Shown in pieces: positions 49,195 through 60,416 of a stretch of 64,000 nt of DNA (position 1 is the first letter of the stretch; every line of letters starts with the position of its first letter). The notes beneath the pieces were generated by a model. That model ran no database searches. It had not been told where the DNA came from and worked only from the letters and a program-made list of their open reading frames with translations. Source of the DNA: Mantamonas sphyraenae STR306 (Eukaryota > Protista > CRuMs); contig JAPMXV010000068.1 in assembly GCA_026936335.1 (NCBI GenBank), positions 62,001 through 126,000 on the forward strand, given 5' to 3'. Made by a program: the position numbers and the translations under genes.

Positions 49195-49761
49195 ATGGCG
49201 GCCGACGACACACAACAACGGCCGCCTCCGGCCTATGTCGACAGCGACGACGACGACGACGACGGCTTTGAACGAAACCGCCGCGAGCTCTCCACCCTCG
49301 TTCAGTCCGTCGCTGCCATGAAGAGGTCACAGGAAGGCGTGCAACGACCTCCTCCTCCCTCTTCCTCTTCCTCCTCTGCTGTGGCCCCTCCTCCGTCTGG
49401 CACCTCTCCGACAACAGCCACCCCTCCACAGCGCACGCCGACGCAGCAGCTGCTGGATGCCGCTGCTGCGGCAAACACCGCCCAAACACAGCCCAAACTC
49501 ATCCCACGCACAGAAACCATTGGTCCTCACCAAGGCAGCAACCGCCTTGTCGTCATTATCACCACGGCCATGGTCGTCCTCCTCTCCTCCATGCTCATAT
49601 TCACCATGGACGAGGATCGCACAAAGCAGGAGCGAGCCCTGAAGGAAGCCATGAGCAGCTGGCTCTTTTACGTCCTCATGCTCATGACCCTCACTCTTGC
49701 AGGCATCACACTGTATCAGCTCTTTAGCACCTTCTTTGACGCCTTCAAGAAGGAGAAATGA
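49195..49761 (+). CDS. Hypothetical protein with two C-terminal TM helices (188 aa)
   Basis: ATG 49195; disordered N-terminus, then hydrophobic LVVIITTAMVVLLSSMLIF and WLFYVLMLMTLTLAGITLY; ends KKEK. Confidence 0.7.
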   Translation: MAADDTQQRPPPAYVDSDDDDDDGFERNRRELSTLVQSVAAMKRSQEGVQRPPPPSSSSSSAVAPPPSGTSPTTATPPQRTPTQQLLDAAAAANTAQTQPKLIPRTETIGPHQGSNRLVVIITTAMVVLLSSMLIFTMDEDRTKQERALKEAMSSWLFYVLMLMTLTLAGITLYQLFSTFFDAFKKEK

Positions 49762-49892
49762 ACTGCACTGATCCCTTCCCCACCTCCCCCATTCCCCGTG
49801 CTCCCCATCCCCGTGCTCCATTCCATTCCTCCCACCGTTGGTCCTTCCGTCCTGCCCACACGCGACCAACGCAACCAGCAACCGAGCGCCAT

Positions 49893-50618
49893 ATGAGTAA
49901 ACTCGAGCGGTTCGAGCTCACATTGCAGCCGAAACGCATCATTGGCCAACTTCTGACGGCGTTGGAGTCCCTGGAAGGCTCTTTGCACCTGTTGGAGGAT
50001 CCACATGCCAACCGCGAGGCAGCACAGAATCGCCTGCGTGAGGCAGCCGGGTTTGATCTGCGCAAGATCCTCTCCTCCATCCCCAACAGCGGCCACGGCG
50101 TGTTTCTGGACGGAGAGGTGGACGAGGCCACCGTGGTGGGCATTTACCCGGGTGTGGTGTACCATCCGTTGGACCCGTGTCTCTTCCCGTCCCTGGGCAA
50201 CGACTACATGTTGCGTCGCAACGACGGCGTCTTTATCGACGGCAAGTCCACGGGCTGGTCCCGCATATGCTACCACGCCGCCGCCGCTCGCCACAACATG
50301 CCTCCTCTGCTCATGTGCGACTCCACGTGGATGGAAAACACACACGAGTTTTGGCGTTTTGCCAACCCGCTCGCCTGCGGCCAGCGCATCAACCACACTC
50401 CAGACGAACTCCCGTGCAACGTCATCTACTACGGCGTCAACCTTCCCTCTTCCGTGCCTCTCGAGCAGCGTCAGCTCCTGCCCAACGTCTTTCATGGCCC
50501 CAACATCTATGGCTGCGCCATCAAAACCATCGCCATGGTCACCGTGCGACCGGTGGCCAATGAGGAGCTCTTTTCCGACTATCGCTTCATTTCTGGCGTG
50601 GGAACAAACACGGCCTGA
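49893..50618 (+). CDS. SETD9: SET domain-containing protein 9-like
   Basis: GHGVFL, IYPGVVY, SLGNDYMLRRNDGVFIDG, CDSTW, NPLACGQRINH, LLPN and EELFSDY follow the SETD9 pattern. Confidence 0.85.
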   Translation: MSKLERFELTLQPKRIIGQLLTALESLEGSLHLLEDPHANREAAQNRLREAAGFDLRKILSSIPNSGHGVFLDGEVDEATVVGIYPGVVYHPLDPCLFPSLGNDYMLRRNDGVFIDGKSTGWSRICYHAAAARHNMPPLLMCDSTWMENTHEFWRFANPLACGQRINHTPDELPCNVIYYGVNLPSSVPLEQRQLLPNVFHGPNIYGCAIKTIAMVTVRPVANEELFSDYRFISGVGTNTA

Positions 50619-50660
50619 GCTCCACTCCTCGTCACCATCCCTGCCGTGGTCCCTTGTATG

Positions 50661-50727
50661 TCACCGAGGAGCGCGAGGAGCTGCTCGACGACGACCTGCT
50701 TCCTGTGCTCCTCCTCCCATTCGCATA

Positions 50728-50764
<37 letters not shown>

Positions 50765-53700
50765 CCGCTTCCAGCTCGATACCGCTGCTGCTGCTGCTGC
50801 TGCTGCTGCCGACCACACCCATGCCCATGCCGCTGCCTTGGCCGCCGCTGGCGCCTCGGATGGGTGGCAACATCGGTGTGCTCACCACAGCGCCCTGTTC
50901 GTACGACCACTGGGAGCTGGCCCGGCTGTAAACACTCTCTGCCTCACTGTGCACACTCGCCGAATCCTCCATCACCAGATTGTTGCGCATCACGTCCACA
51001 TCCCGCGCGTACTCCTCCATCAGCCGTTGCCTCGGCGAAGGGTCACGCAATGAATACGCACTCACGTCGCTGAGTTCGCTCTGATCCAATGAATACCCGT
51101 AACCATCGTATCCACCGCCGTTGAGCGACGACGCCCCCAGCTCCAGTCGGATTCGAGGCACCGACGCCCCTTGCTTGCGGCTCGATCCACGTCCACGACG
51201 ACTGCTCCCAGTCACACTGCCGTTCCCGCTGCTGCCGCTTCCCTTCCTTGCGCTGCTCCCACCGCCACCGCGCGGTGGCACACTGCCCTTTAGGCGTTTG
51301 CTCGTGCCAGACACGCCCGCGTTGTGCTGGAAGCGGCGGTACCGCTCCTCTGCCGTCACTGTCTTTTTCTTCTTTGCCCGCTGAAACTTGTTGCGTCGCT
51401 TGATCATCATCTCTGCAATGCGACTGTCGCTGAAGCCCCATTCCTTGGCAATCTGGCTGGCCTCGCTGTCCTCCGCCTCTTCTCGCCGTGCCTGGGCTTT
51501 GCCCTTTTTCGGCGATGACGACGATGCTCCTCCACTGCCTCCACCACTGTCACGCCGCTGCACACGCGCCTCCTCTCGCTGCGCTTCCATCCGCTGGTTT
51601 TCCTTCTGCGCTTGCCTCGCTTGCGCTTGCCTCGCCTCTTCCTCCAGCAAAGCCTCCTGCTGCGCACGTTCCTGGCGCAGCATCTGAGCACGCATCTGTG
51701 CCTCCAGCCCGGCAGGGTACTCTTTCGACAGCATCCCTTCTCCTCCTTGGCCCTGTCTCCCGTAAGCTTGTTCATACTGGGCTCGGAACGATGCGTACGG
51801 ATCGTCCTGGATCTGCTGCTGTTGCTGTTGCTGCTGCTGCTGCTGCAGAGCCCTCACAGCGTGCACTCCTGCGCCAGCCACACCACCACCCATGCCTGAG
51901 ACGTCGTTGGCAGTCTCGTTCCTGTCATGGGCTTGCCACGCTTGACGCTCAGGCTCGGGGGTAGGCGGCACAAACATCTGCGTGTGCAGATCGAGACCTT
52001 CGCTCTCGTCAAAGTGCATCGACGTGCCGGACAGGAACGCATCCATGTCCATGTCCATGCCAAACTCGTCGTCATCCAATCCCAAATCCAGATCCAACGC
52101 ACGTGTGCTCTGCCGCACACGCTGCAGCGTCGCACGCACGCGCCAACCGCGATACGTCGCCTGGATTTGGGTGGCTGCAAACGCACGCTGGCTTCGCCAC
52201 GCGCTCAACTGTGCCGCCAGTGCATGCCTGCGTCGCACTTGCGCCCCTCGCCACACGCTCTGGATGGCCAGCGCAGCGGCCTCATTCACGCCCTGGCGCG
52301 CAGCCTGTCGACGCGCATACACACGCTTCCACCAGCGTTGGAGACACACGCAGCTGCGCACACGACGTAAGCGCGCGTGCAGAAAGGCATAGTGGCCGTG
52401 GCGAACCACCTTTGCACGTCCCATTGCTGCCACTCCGTCGTCCAGTGCCTTCAGTTCTGCCAGCTGGTTCTCTGCAAGCTGTACCTGTTGGTCGTCCCAC
52501 GCCTCTTGCATCCTGCTCTGTTGCTCCACGCTGCTCGCCCCACTCGACTTGATCTGACGCCACACCGCCGCTCGTTGAGTGGCAAACATCGCGCTTGCCT
52601 CCAGCTGCCGCGCCACAGTGCACAGCACCGTCGCCTCAGCCCCATTCACCTCTCGCTCATGCATGCCACGAACCAACCCGGGAATGCGTCGCCAGTGCTT
52701 GCCGTGCACGCTGCCGTCCACCACGCGCCCTTCACGATGCGATGGGTCCATGGCATTTTCCATCTGCTCCAGGGCATGCGGTGGCAACTCTGCCTCTGTG
52801 TCCAACTGTTCCACGAGCCACGGTGCCGCCATGGCCAGCTGGCGGACGCCGCGACGCACACGCATCCGATGCTCAGGCAAAGACCAGGCCGAATTCTCTG
52901 CGCGCACACGTTCATCTGCCCCAATCACGTGGTTATCCAGATCACGCACCTGTGCCGGCAACGCTGCAATGCACTCCAGCCGGTAGTTGTCTGCGTTGCT
53001 CAGCGGGTTGTCGTTCAGCTGCACGTTTACCAGCCGCATCAGCTTGGCCAGCCCGCCCACGTCCTCCAATCGCTGCAGCTCGTTGAACGACAGGTTGAGC
53101 CACGTCAACATGGGTGTGCTGTCCAGACCCGCCACCTGTGTCAGCCGGTTGTCGCTGACATCCAGGTACACCAGTTTCGGAAGACCCTGCAGGCGCGGCA
53201 ACGCGGTCACCGCGTTTCCCTGCAGGAACAGCCGCTCCAGCATTGGGTTGTCCCACTGCGCCGGCAGCTCTTGGATGTTGTTGTTGTACAGAATCAGCGT
53301 GTGCAAGAGCGGGCACCCTTCCAGGCCTTCGATCGTTTCCAGGTTGTTGCGTCCTACGTCCAGCTTCTGCAGCTGCCGCAGCGTCTGCAGGCCCTCCAGG
53401 CGTCGGATCCCGTTGCGGTACAACAGCAGTCGCTGCAGGTGCACGCATGCCTCCAGTCCCTGGATGCGCTCCAAGCGGTTGCTTTCCAACACCAGTTCGC
53501 GCAACTGCACGCATTCGTCCAGGCCACCCATCTCTGTGATCTCGTTGATGGCAAGGTTCACCATACGCAGCTCTCGGTTGCGTTGCAACCCACCCATGTG
53601 TGCCAGCTTGTTGTCGCGTGCCATCAGGGTGCGCAGGTCGCGCAGGCAATCCAGCCCGCTCAGATCCTGCAACTCGTTCACATTCACGTTCAGATGCTTC

Positions 53701-55751
53701 AAACCTGCACATCGGTGCAGCTCGGTCAGGTGTTTGATGCCCTCCTGCTTCAAATCCAGGCTCACCAGGTCTGCAATGGCCCCGGCACCCGCATGCAGAC
53801 TCAGCAACGCCTCGCTGATCTCTCCCTCTCGCTTTCCCGTCGCGTGCAAGCGCTTTCCCATGTTTTCTGCGTTTCCGTGCACACTTGCGCGTGTTTCTTG
53901 GGTGCTTGGCATTCGTGGCGGCGTGAATCCCGTTCCACCACTGCCCACGCCTCGCCTGTGCTTCCCGTCTCGGTGCCTGCGCCGCCATGCGTTGAGTCCA
54001 TCCATCAGCTCAGTTCTCTGCGATGCACCCTTGCTGGCGTCCTCCTTCGGCGCCACCGGTGGTTTCCCGCCCTCTCCAGGCACAATCCGCGTGCCTGGCC
54101 GGAATTTGAACTGCATTGGACCCATCCTTGCGCGCAAGGCCTTTTCCTGTGCCACCCAGCTCCTCCAGCCTCCAAACGCCCTTTGCATGGCCACCCGCTC
54201 TGCGTGTGCCATTGCCTGTGCCTCCAGCTTCTGCATGCGCGCTCTGGCTGCTCGATCCGCCTCTTCCCGCTTCCTGGCCTCCTCCTGTTCCCGTGCCAAC
54301 GCCGCCAACCGCTCTGCTTCCTCCTTGCGTCGTTTGGCCTCCTGTTGCTCGCGCAGTTTCTTTGCCAACAGCTCCCGTTGCCGTTGCTCCTCCTTCCGCT
54401 GCGCCTCTGCCAGCTGCCTTGCCTCTTCTCGCTTCCGCATCTCCTCTTGCTGGGCTTCGTGGAGCTTGAATGTGCGCACACGTCGCAGGTACCTCTCCTC
54501 AGCCGCCATCCGCTCGCGTGCGTGGCGCTCTCGCCTCGCTTCTTGCTCCTGCTGCGCCTTGCGCACGCGACGCGTGTACTCCTCCTCCGCACGCAGCCTG
54601 TGTCGTTCGTCCTCCGCCATCAACATTACTTCGTGCATGTACATGTCCTCCAGCAGCATTGCGCGTCGCTCCATGTGGCTCGCTCGTTTCCACGCGCGTT
54701 CCACCTTGCGTGCATACTGCTCCTCCGCCTCCATACCGGCCCGTGCTGCCATTGCCAGGTTCCGTTGGGCCTCTTGCACCTCCCTTCCATACTGCTCCTC
54801 ACGTGCCATCCGCTCCATTGTGTCTGCGCGTTGCATCCTCTCCAGCTGCCTCTCCAGCCGCTGCTCCGCCTCCTGCTCCTCTGAAAACGCATACACCTGC
54901 TCCTTACTCGCTTCTGCCTCGTCTTCTGCAGCTGCCCGTGCAAGGGCCTCCGCCTCGGCTTCCTGCCGCCGCAGCTGTGCGCGCAAACGCGCTTCCTCCC
55001 GCTCCATGTCTCGTTCCGTGTTCCGCTGTGCAATCTCCAGCTTCCGCTGCCTCTTCTTTCGCATTTCCTCCAACCGTGCGTTTTCCTCAGCCAGGGCCTG
55101 TTCCCTCTGTCGTGATGCCTCTTCCAAACGCTGCAGCCGTCCCACGTCCACTTCCATCTCCTCCTCCTCGTCTTTCTCACCCTCGCCAGCGTCCACACGC
55201 AGTTGTGCTCCCGTCTCTTCCGACTGTGTGCTTCTGCTGCTCGACGAGGCATGTGTGGCCTGCTTCTCCGTGCCGCTCTCGGTCCCACGGGTGGTGTCGC
55301 GGCTGATGGCCGCCACGCCCGCCAATTCCGTAACGGTTGCCCCTTGCAGCTCGTCCACTTCACGTGACGCCTCTTGGGCCACGGCAGCGCGTCGTTGGAT
55401 CTGTTCTTGCAGTTCTGTCCACTCCCGCTGCTCCTCTTGTCCGTCCTCGTCCAGCACAAGGAGACCCGCGTCGGTTTGGTCCACTCCGATCACTCGAATG
55501 TCAATGTTGCGAGACTGCAACACACGCACCATCTCTTCATAATCAAACTCTTCCTCCTCTTCGTCCGACTGGCCGTCGTTGCCAAGGCCCTTCACGTCGT
55601 CCTCGTCCTCCAGGCCCACTCGAGCAAGCAGCGCTGCCAACGAGTCTTGTTCCGCCTGTTCCTCCTGCAACAGCTCCTCCTCGCTGATCGGACCCAGAGC
55701 TGCCAACTGACGCGCAAGCTCTGCCTCAAAGTCCTCCTCGTCCTCAGCCAT
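50661..55751 (-). CDS. Leucine-rich-repeat and IQ-motif protein (LRRIQ1-like), ~1696 aa
   Basis: N-terminal coiled coil, about 12 SDS22-like LRRs (LxxLxLxxNxL), IQ motifs (IQSVWRG, IQATYRG) and IAKEWGFSDSRIAEMMIKR. Confidence 0.82.
50728..50808. repeat. Two (CTG/CAG)n microsatellites at the 3' end of the LRR-IQ gene, read as poly-Ser and poly-Ala
   Basis: GCT runs at ~50728-50761 and ~50784-50808. Confidence 0.85.
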
Positions 55752-55844
55752 GGCAGGGGGTTGGGAATGGGTTTGTGTGTGCGGGTTCTTTGCTTTTGTT
55801 CGAACAGTGCCTGCCCACTTCTCCCCCACTTCTCCTCGCTCGCC

Positions 55845-56536
55845 TCATCCCAACCTCACTTCAATCTCGCTGTTGGACACTGCCAGTGTGACGTTGAACA
55901 GCAGCTCGTCCAGTTCCGCCGGTTGCAGGTACCCGACCAACTTGTCGTCCAGTTCCCATTCGGGCCGGGAGAACGACAGCCGCTGGGCTTGGAAGTAGAC
56001 CATCAGGGCACAGGAGCCCACCAGGATGGCGTGTTCGGTGCAAAACTGCTTGCTGGCTGTGCTTTCCTCTTGGTCAATGAGCACCACACGCACAGACGGG
56101 TACATCCCGTCTTCCCCGAGCTTCTGCAGATTCTTCAGCATGGTATAGGTGGGGAAGCACCAATTTACGCCAAAGCCCACGACAAAGATCCTGTGTGGTG
56201 CGTCATGGATGTGGCACGGGTCAACACACATGTGGTTTCCCGCCACCGTTGGGTGTCAGACAAGCAAGGGGCCAGAGAGGAGGAAGCCGAAGCCCTCCTC
56301 TGCGCTTTGCGCTTTCTCGTTTCCCGCGGCCCTGCAACCCACGTCTCTGTGTCCTCCTGCACCAGCTCCATCACCTCGTCGAATTTGTCATACTTGAGCG
56401 CCTCCTGCTTGTCAAAGTGTCCGCCTGGCTTGCCCAGCAGGCCCTTGCCGTGCAGCGTGGTCTTGTGTGTTGTCCGCGACGACGACGACGACCCCGATGC
56501 AGACGCACTTCGCCCCATCCCCGACACACTTGTCAT
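55845..56536 (-). CDS. Thioredoxin-fold-like hypothetical protein (~179 aa)
   Basis: Exons 56536-56343 and 56190-55845 (152-nt intron GTGGGT..CACAG). IFVVGFGVNWCFPT and VRVVLID resemble thioredoxin beta-strand/active-site spacing, but there is only one Cys in the motif. Confidence 0.62.
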
Positions 56537-56617
56537 TGGGTGGTGATTGGAAAAGTGTGGTTTCTGTACAATTTTTTTTGCTTGACGGAGCGCGCTTCGC
56601 TGCAACTCCCAGCTACC

Positions 56618-59600
56618 TCATCCACTCCCGCTGTCTTCTTCCCCATCGGCTAGGCCACCCGCTGTCCTCTTGAGCCGTTGGGCCAACAACTCTTCGGACC
56701 TGCGCCGCAGCTTCTCCTGCAACTCCTCCTCTCGCAGCCGTTTGGCCTCCATTTCGGCAAGTTTGGCCTCGGCTTCCTGCTTCTTTTGCAGCTCCCGCTT
56801 GCGTGCGCGCTTCTCCTCCTCGTCCTGCTTGATTTTGGCCAGCAGGTCGTCTGTGGTCATGCCCTTGGTCACTTCTGCCGCAGCCTCGGCCGCTGCCTTG
56901 AGGATGTGTTTCTTGTGCACTTCCTTGCCCAGTTCGGCCATGACGTTGACCGCACTCTGCGCACGCATCAGCTTCACCTGTTGCTTCTTCATCTTTTTGC
57001 GCACAATCGCCTTGAGCTTGGCCTCCTTCTTGAGCTGCTTTTTGTTGCGCCGCGCGTTGGTCAGCTCTGCCATCAGCATGCGGTACGCAAGGTACGCTGC
57101 GTCGGGGTCGTCGCCGGCCTTGAGGAGGCGTTCAAAGTTTTCTGTTTTGGTCTTGAAGGACTCGTAGACGTCCTTGTCGATTTTGCGGATGTTGTTCAGC
57201 TCCTTTTCCACCACGACCAGACCCGTCTTCCACTGCTGCTTGAGCAGTTCGATGCGGTCCACGTTGCGTCCTTCGCCGCTTTGGTTCGGGTTGTGGTCAC
57301 CCATCTGGATCGTCGATCCGATGTTGTGCTGCTGGGCAATTTCCACAAACACATCCAGGTCCACCGTGTCCTTTCCGCTCAGCTTCAGTGCCTCTGTCCA
57401 TAGCCTCTGACACACCCTGTCCTGCAGTGTGGGGTCGCAAAAGCGCACCAGGTCGAAAAACTCGTCGCGTTGCAGCGTCTCGTCGTTGTTTGCGTCGGCC
57501 GCCTTGAACAACCCCTCCAGAAACACCCTGCTGCGCTCCCTGTCGTTGCGCCACTCCTCCAGCATGAGCTCCAGGAACGTGTCCTGTTGGATGGTAAACT
57601 TTTCGTACTTGTAGGCGTCGAGGAGTTGGATTTCGGTGGCGCCGTGAGCGCCGCCCTTCTTTTCCGCGTTGTTGAGCCGCCGCTTCATGCGGTTGTACTC
57701 GCGCTGCATGGCTGCCGAGTACAGCGCACGCCGCTGCTTGGGCGACAGCGCCTTTTTCATCATCTTTTCGTTAAAGTCGCTGAGGGCGGCCTTGTCGAGG
57801 GTGGAAAACACGTACTTGACCACCTCTTGGGCAGAGGCGATGGGCAGGTACTCGACGCCGGCGTCGTTGTCGATGATCGACTTGTCCAGGGTCTCTGTGG
57901 TGCCCACAATCACCTTCATGGTGTACAGGTAAAAGTTTGCGGATTGCAGGCCGTCGTTTTCGTCCTCGTCGTCGTCAAGGCGAATAAACTGCTTGAAGCG
58001 ACGGATTTTGGCAGACTGGCTTTCGAAGCGCTGGATGGACTTGAACAAGTCCAGCAGACGCTGCTCCGAAAGCGACTTGAGGCCATACTTGTTGAGGAAA
58101 AAGTCGTAGACAAACTCGATCATGCTCTGGCGTGCGTTGTGTTCGCGGTCGTCGATTTCGTCGGCAATGATCTTTTCGCTGTAGATGACGTTGATGAGCT
58201 TGTGCAACTTCTTTTTGGGCAAGATGGCGCCCGTGCCGTTTGTGGCGCTGGTGATGGTGTTGGACCAGGCCACAGGGACGTTTTTGTGTTTCCTGCGCTT
58301 GACGCGCTGCCTGCGCCTGTTGGCGGCGGAGGAGGATGAAGATGAGCCGCCGCCGACGTCGCTGGAAGCCACGCTCGATGCGTCGTCGATGTCGTCGTCG
58401 CCATCGTTGTCGCGTTCGCTCTCGGCGAGGACAATGCTGCGAATGGAATCCTGGCGCGAGAGCTGGTTCTTGCCGCTGAAGCCAAACAGGGCGTCCTCGT
58501 CGTCCTTTTCGTCCTCGTAATAGTCCTGACCGCCCCCAAATGCGCCGTCGGTCTGTGCACTGGCATCGCTCATGAGCTTGCGCGCCATGTAGCGCTTGTA
58601 GCTGAGCTGGTTGTGCTGTTCGGCCTTTTCCAGCTTCCACATGCGCTGTGTGTTCTTTTTGAGCTGTTCCGTACGCTTCATGGACAGCTGCAGAAACTCT
58701 GCCATGAGGTCGACGTCGTCTGTGAAACGCAGCATGCTTTCGTCGCTGGCGCTGGCGTCGTCGGCGTCTGCGTTTGCGGATGACGAGGCGCCAGAGGCCA
58801 TATCGTTGCTGCCTGCAACCTGCATGGCCTTCATGGCGTCTGCGTTTTGCTGTTCCCAGTAGCGCACCTGGTTGGCGTAGCCGTTGATTCGCTCGAGGAG
58901 ATTGCGTGCGATGCGAAGGTCAGACTCGACCGAGGCCTTGCTGAGCAGTTCGCGGTTGGATTCAGCGACGAGACGAGTCTGTTCGTCGAGTTGGGCCTGC
59001 AGCGACTCAAACTCGGCGAGGAGGCGCTGGTTCTTGAGACGCAGCTCTGCGGTTTGGGCCTCGACGGCCATCCAGGCGGCCTGGAGCTCGGCCTCATGTT
59101 CCCTGTCCTTGCGGCGTGTCTCTTGACGCAACTGCTCGAGGAGGGTGCGATAGTGCTGGACTTCGGGCTCGTGGAGGGCCATGTGCTCGTTGAGGAGGCG
59201 AAGGAGGAGGAGACCTCGCTCCTGGCAGTGGACACTGACCTGGCGGATGATTTCGTTGAGGGCCACAGTGTACACAAACTTGGCGGACTCGAGGTAGACG
59301 CCGTCGTCCTGGGCCTCGTCGTCGATGTCACTGAGCATGCGGTCGACACACTGGTTGAGCATGTCCACCTCCTTCCTGCTGGAGGGTTTGAGGCTGGGAA
59401 ACACGGTGACGTGCCACAGGTGTTCGGACTCGTCGAGACGGGCCATGCTGTTGAAGTCTGTGACGGTGTTGTAGGGCCGTGTCTCGCGCACGTGGTACTG
59501 TTCGGGAATGAGCGTGTCTGGAATCTCCGTGTTGTCCTCCATACGGAACATGCGTGCGAGACGCGTGCGCATTTCGTACTCCTGGTCTTCGGCCTGGGCA

Positions 59601-60347
59601 AGGATGCCGTGTTGGGGCCTGTCGTACAGGTAGGAAGTGTCAAACTGTGTGCGGGGCGGGTGAGTTGTGGGCGCGGGCAACGGACGGATTTCGTGTGCGG
59701 GAGACGCAGGCATGCAGGCAAGGAGAGGGGGGTGGGACAGGGGAAGATGGGCGGGCGGACACACGTACGCGTTCGTCGTCTGTGAGCTTGCGCATGCTGG
59801 AGGCCTTGGCGACAGCTTCGAGACGAGCAGCAAAGGAGGAGCTGCTGGTTGTGGCGATGCCTGCGGCGAGGAGGCCGCTCCTCTGGCTATCGTGTGCATC
59901 AAGGACAGTGGTAGTGTGGAGATCGTCGAGCTGGTGGTGGTGCAGATGTTGGCTGCGCGTGTGTGTGTTGCTGTTGCTGTTGCTGTTGCTAGGCTGCAGG
60001 CCGCTGGTGCTGCGGAACGAGCTTGCTTTGGCGGAACGCGTCTGTTGGGAGGCAGGGCGGTAGGCGGAGCTGCGTTTACTGCTGCTGCCTCTACTGGAGC
60101 TGTGGCGCAGGTGGGTACTGCCACGCTGGGAGGAGGAGTAGCGTGCGGAGGAGGGACGTTGCCTGCGAGCCGGGCGCTTTGGGGTGCGGGGGCGAGATGC
60201 TGAGCTGGAGGAGACGCCTTGGTCGCCGCCGCCTTGGCCCGTGGTGTTGTTGTTTCCGTTGACCAGAAACATACTGGAGGTGGGCGTGGGCGTACGCGAC
60301 TGGCGCGTATTTGCGTTGTGCTCCGCAATCCGGTCTGCCGTGAGCAT
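56618..60347 (-). CDS. Axonemal dynein light chain-domain protein with coiled coil and EF-hand-like/TSNAXIP1-like C-terminal region (~1201 aa)
   Basis: Exons 60347-59769 and 59644-56618 (124-nt intron GTACGT..CACAG). VFPSLKPSSRKEV..NEIIRQVSVHCQERGLLL; IYSEKIIAD..EFVYDFFLNKYGL; EF loop DANNDETLQRDEF. Confidence 0.78.
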
Positions 60348-60416
60348 TGTGGGTTTGGGTGCGTGGGCGCTTGGCGAGGCACGACAAGAGGGGCACCCAC
60401 CGACACGAGACAAAGC

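Noticed and set aside
52377-55542. Long + strand ORFs (835 and 851 aa), and similar antisense ORFs at 8601-10406, 17518-19656 and 61810-63783
   Set aside because: They are antisense shadows of well-supported genes in GC-rich, stop-poor sequence and show no recognisable motifs.
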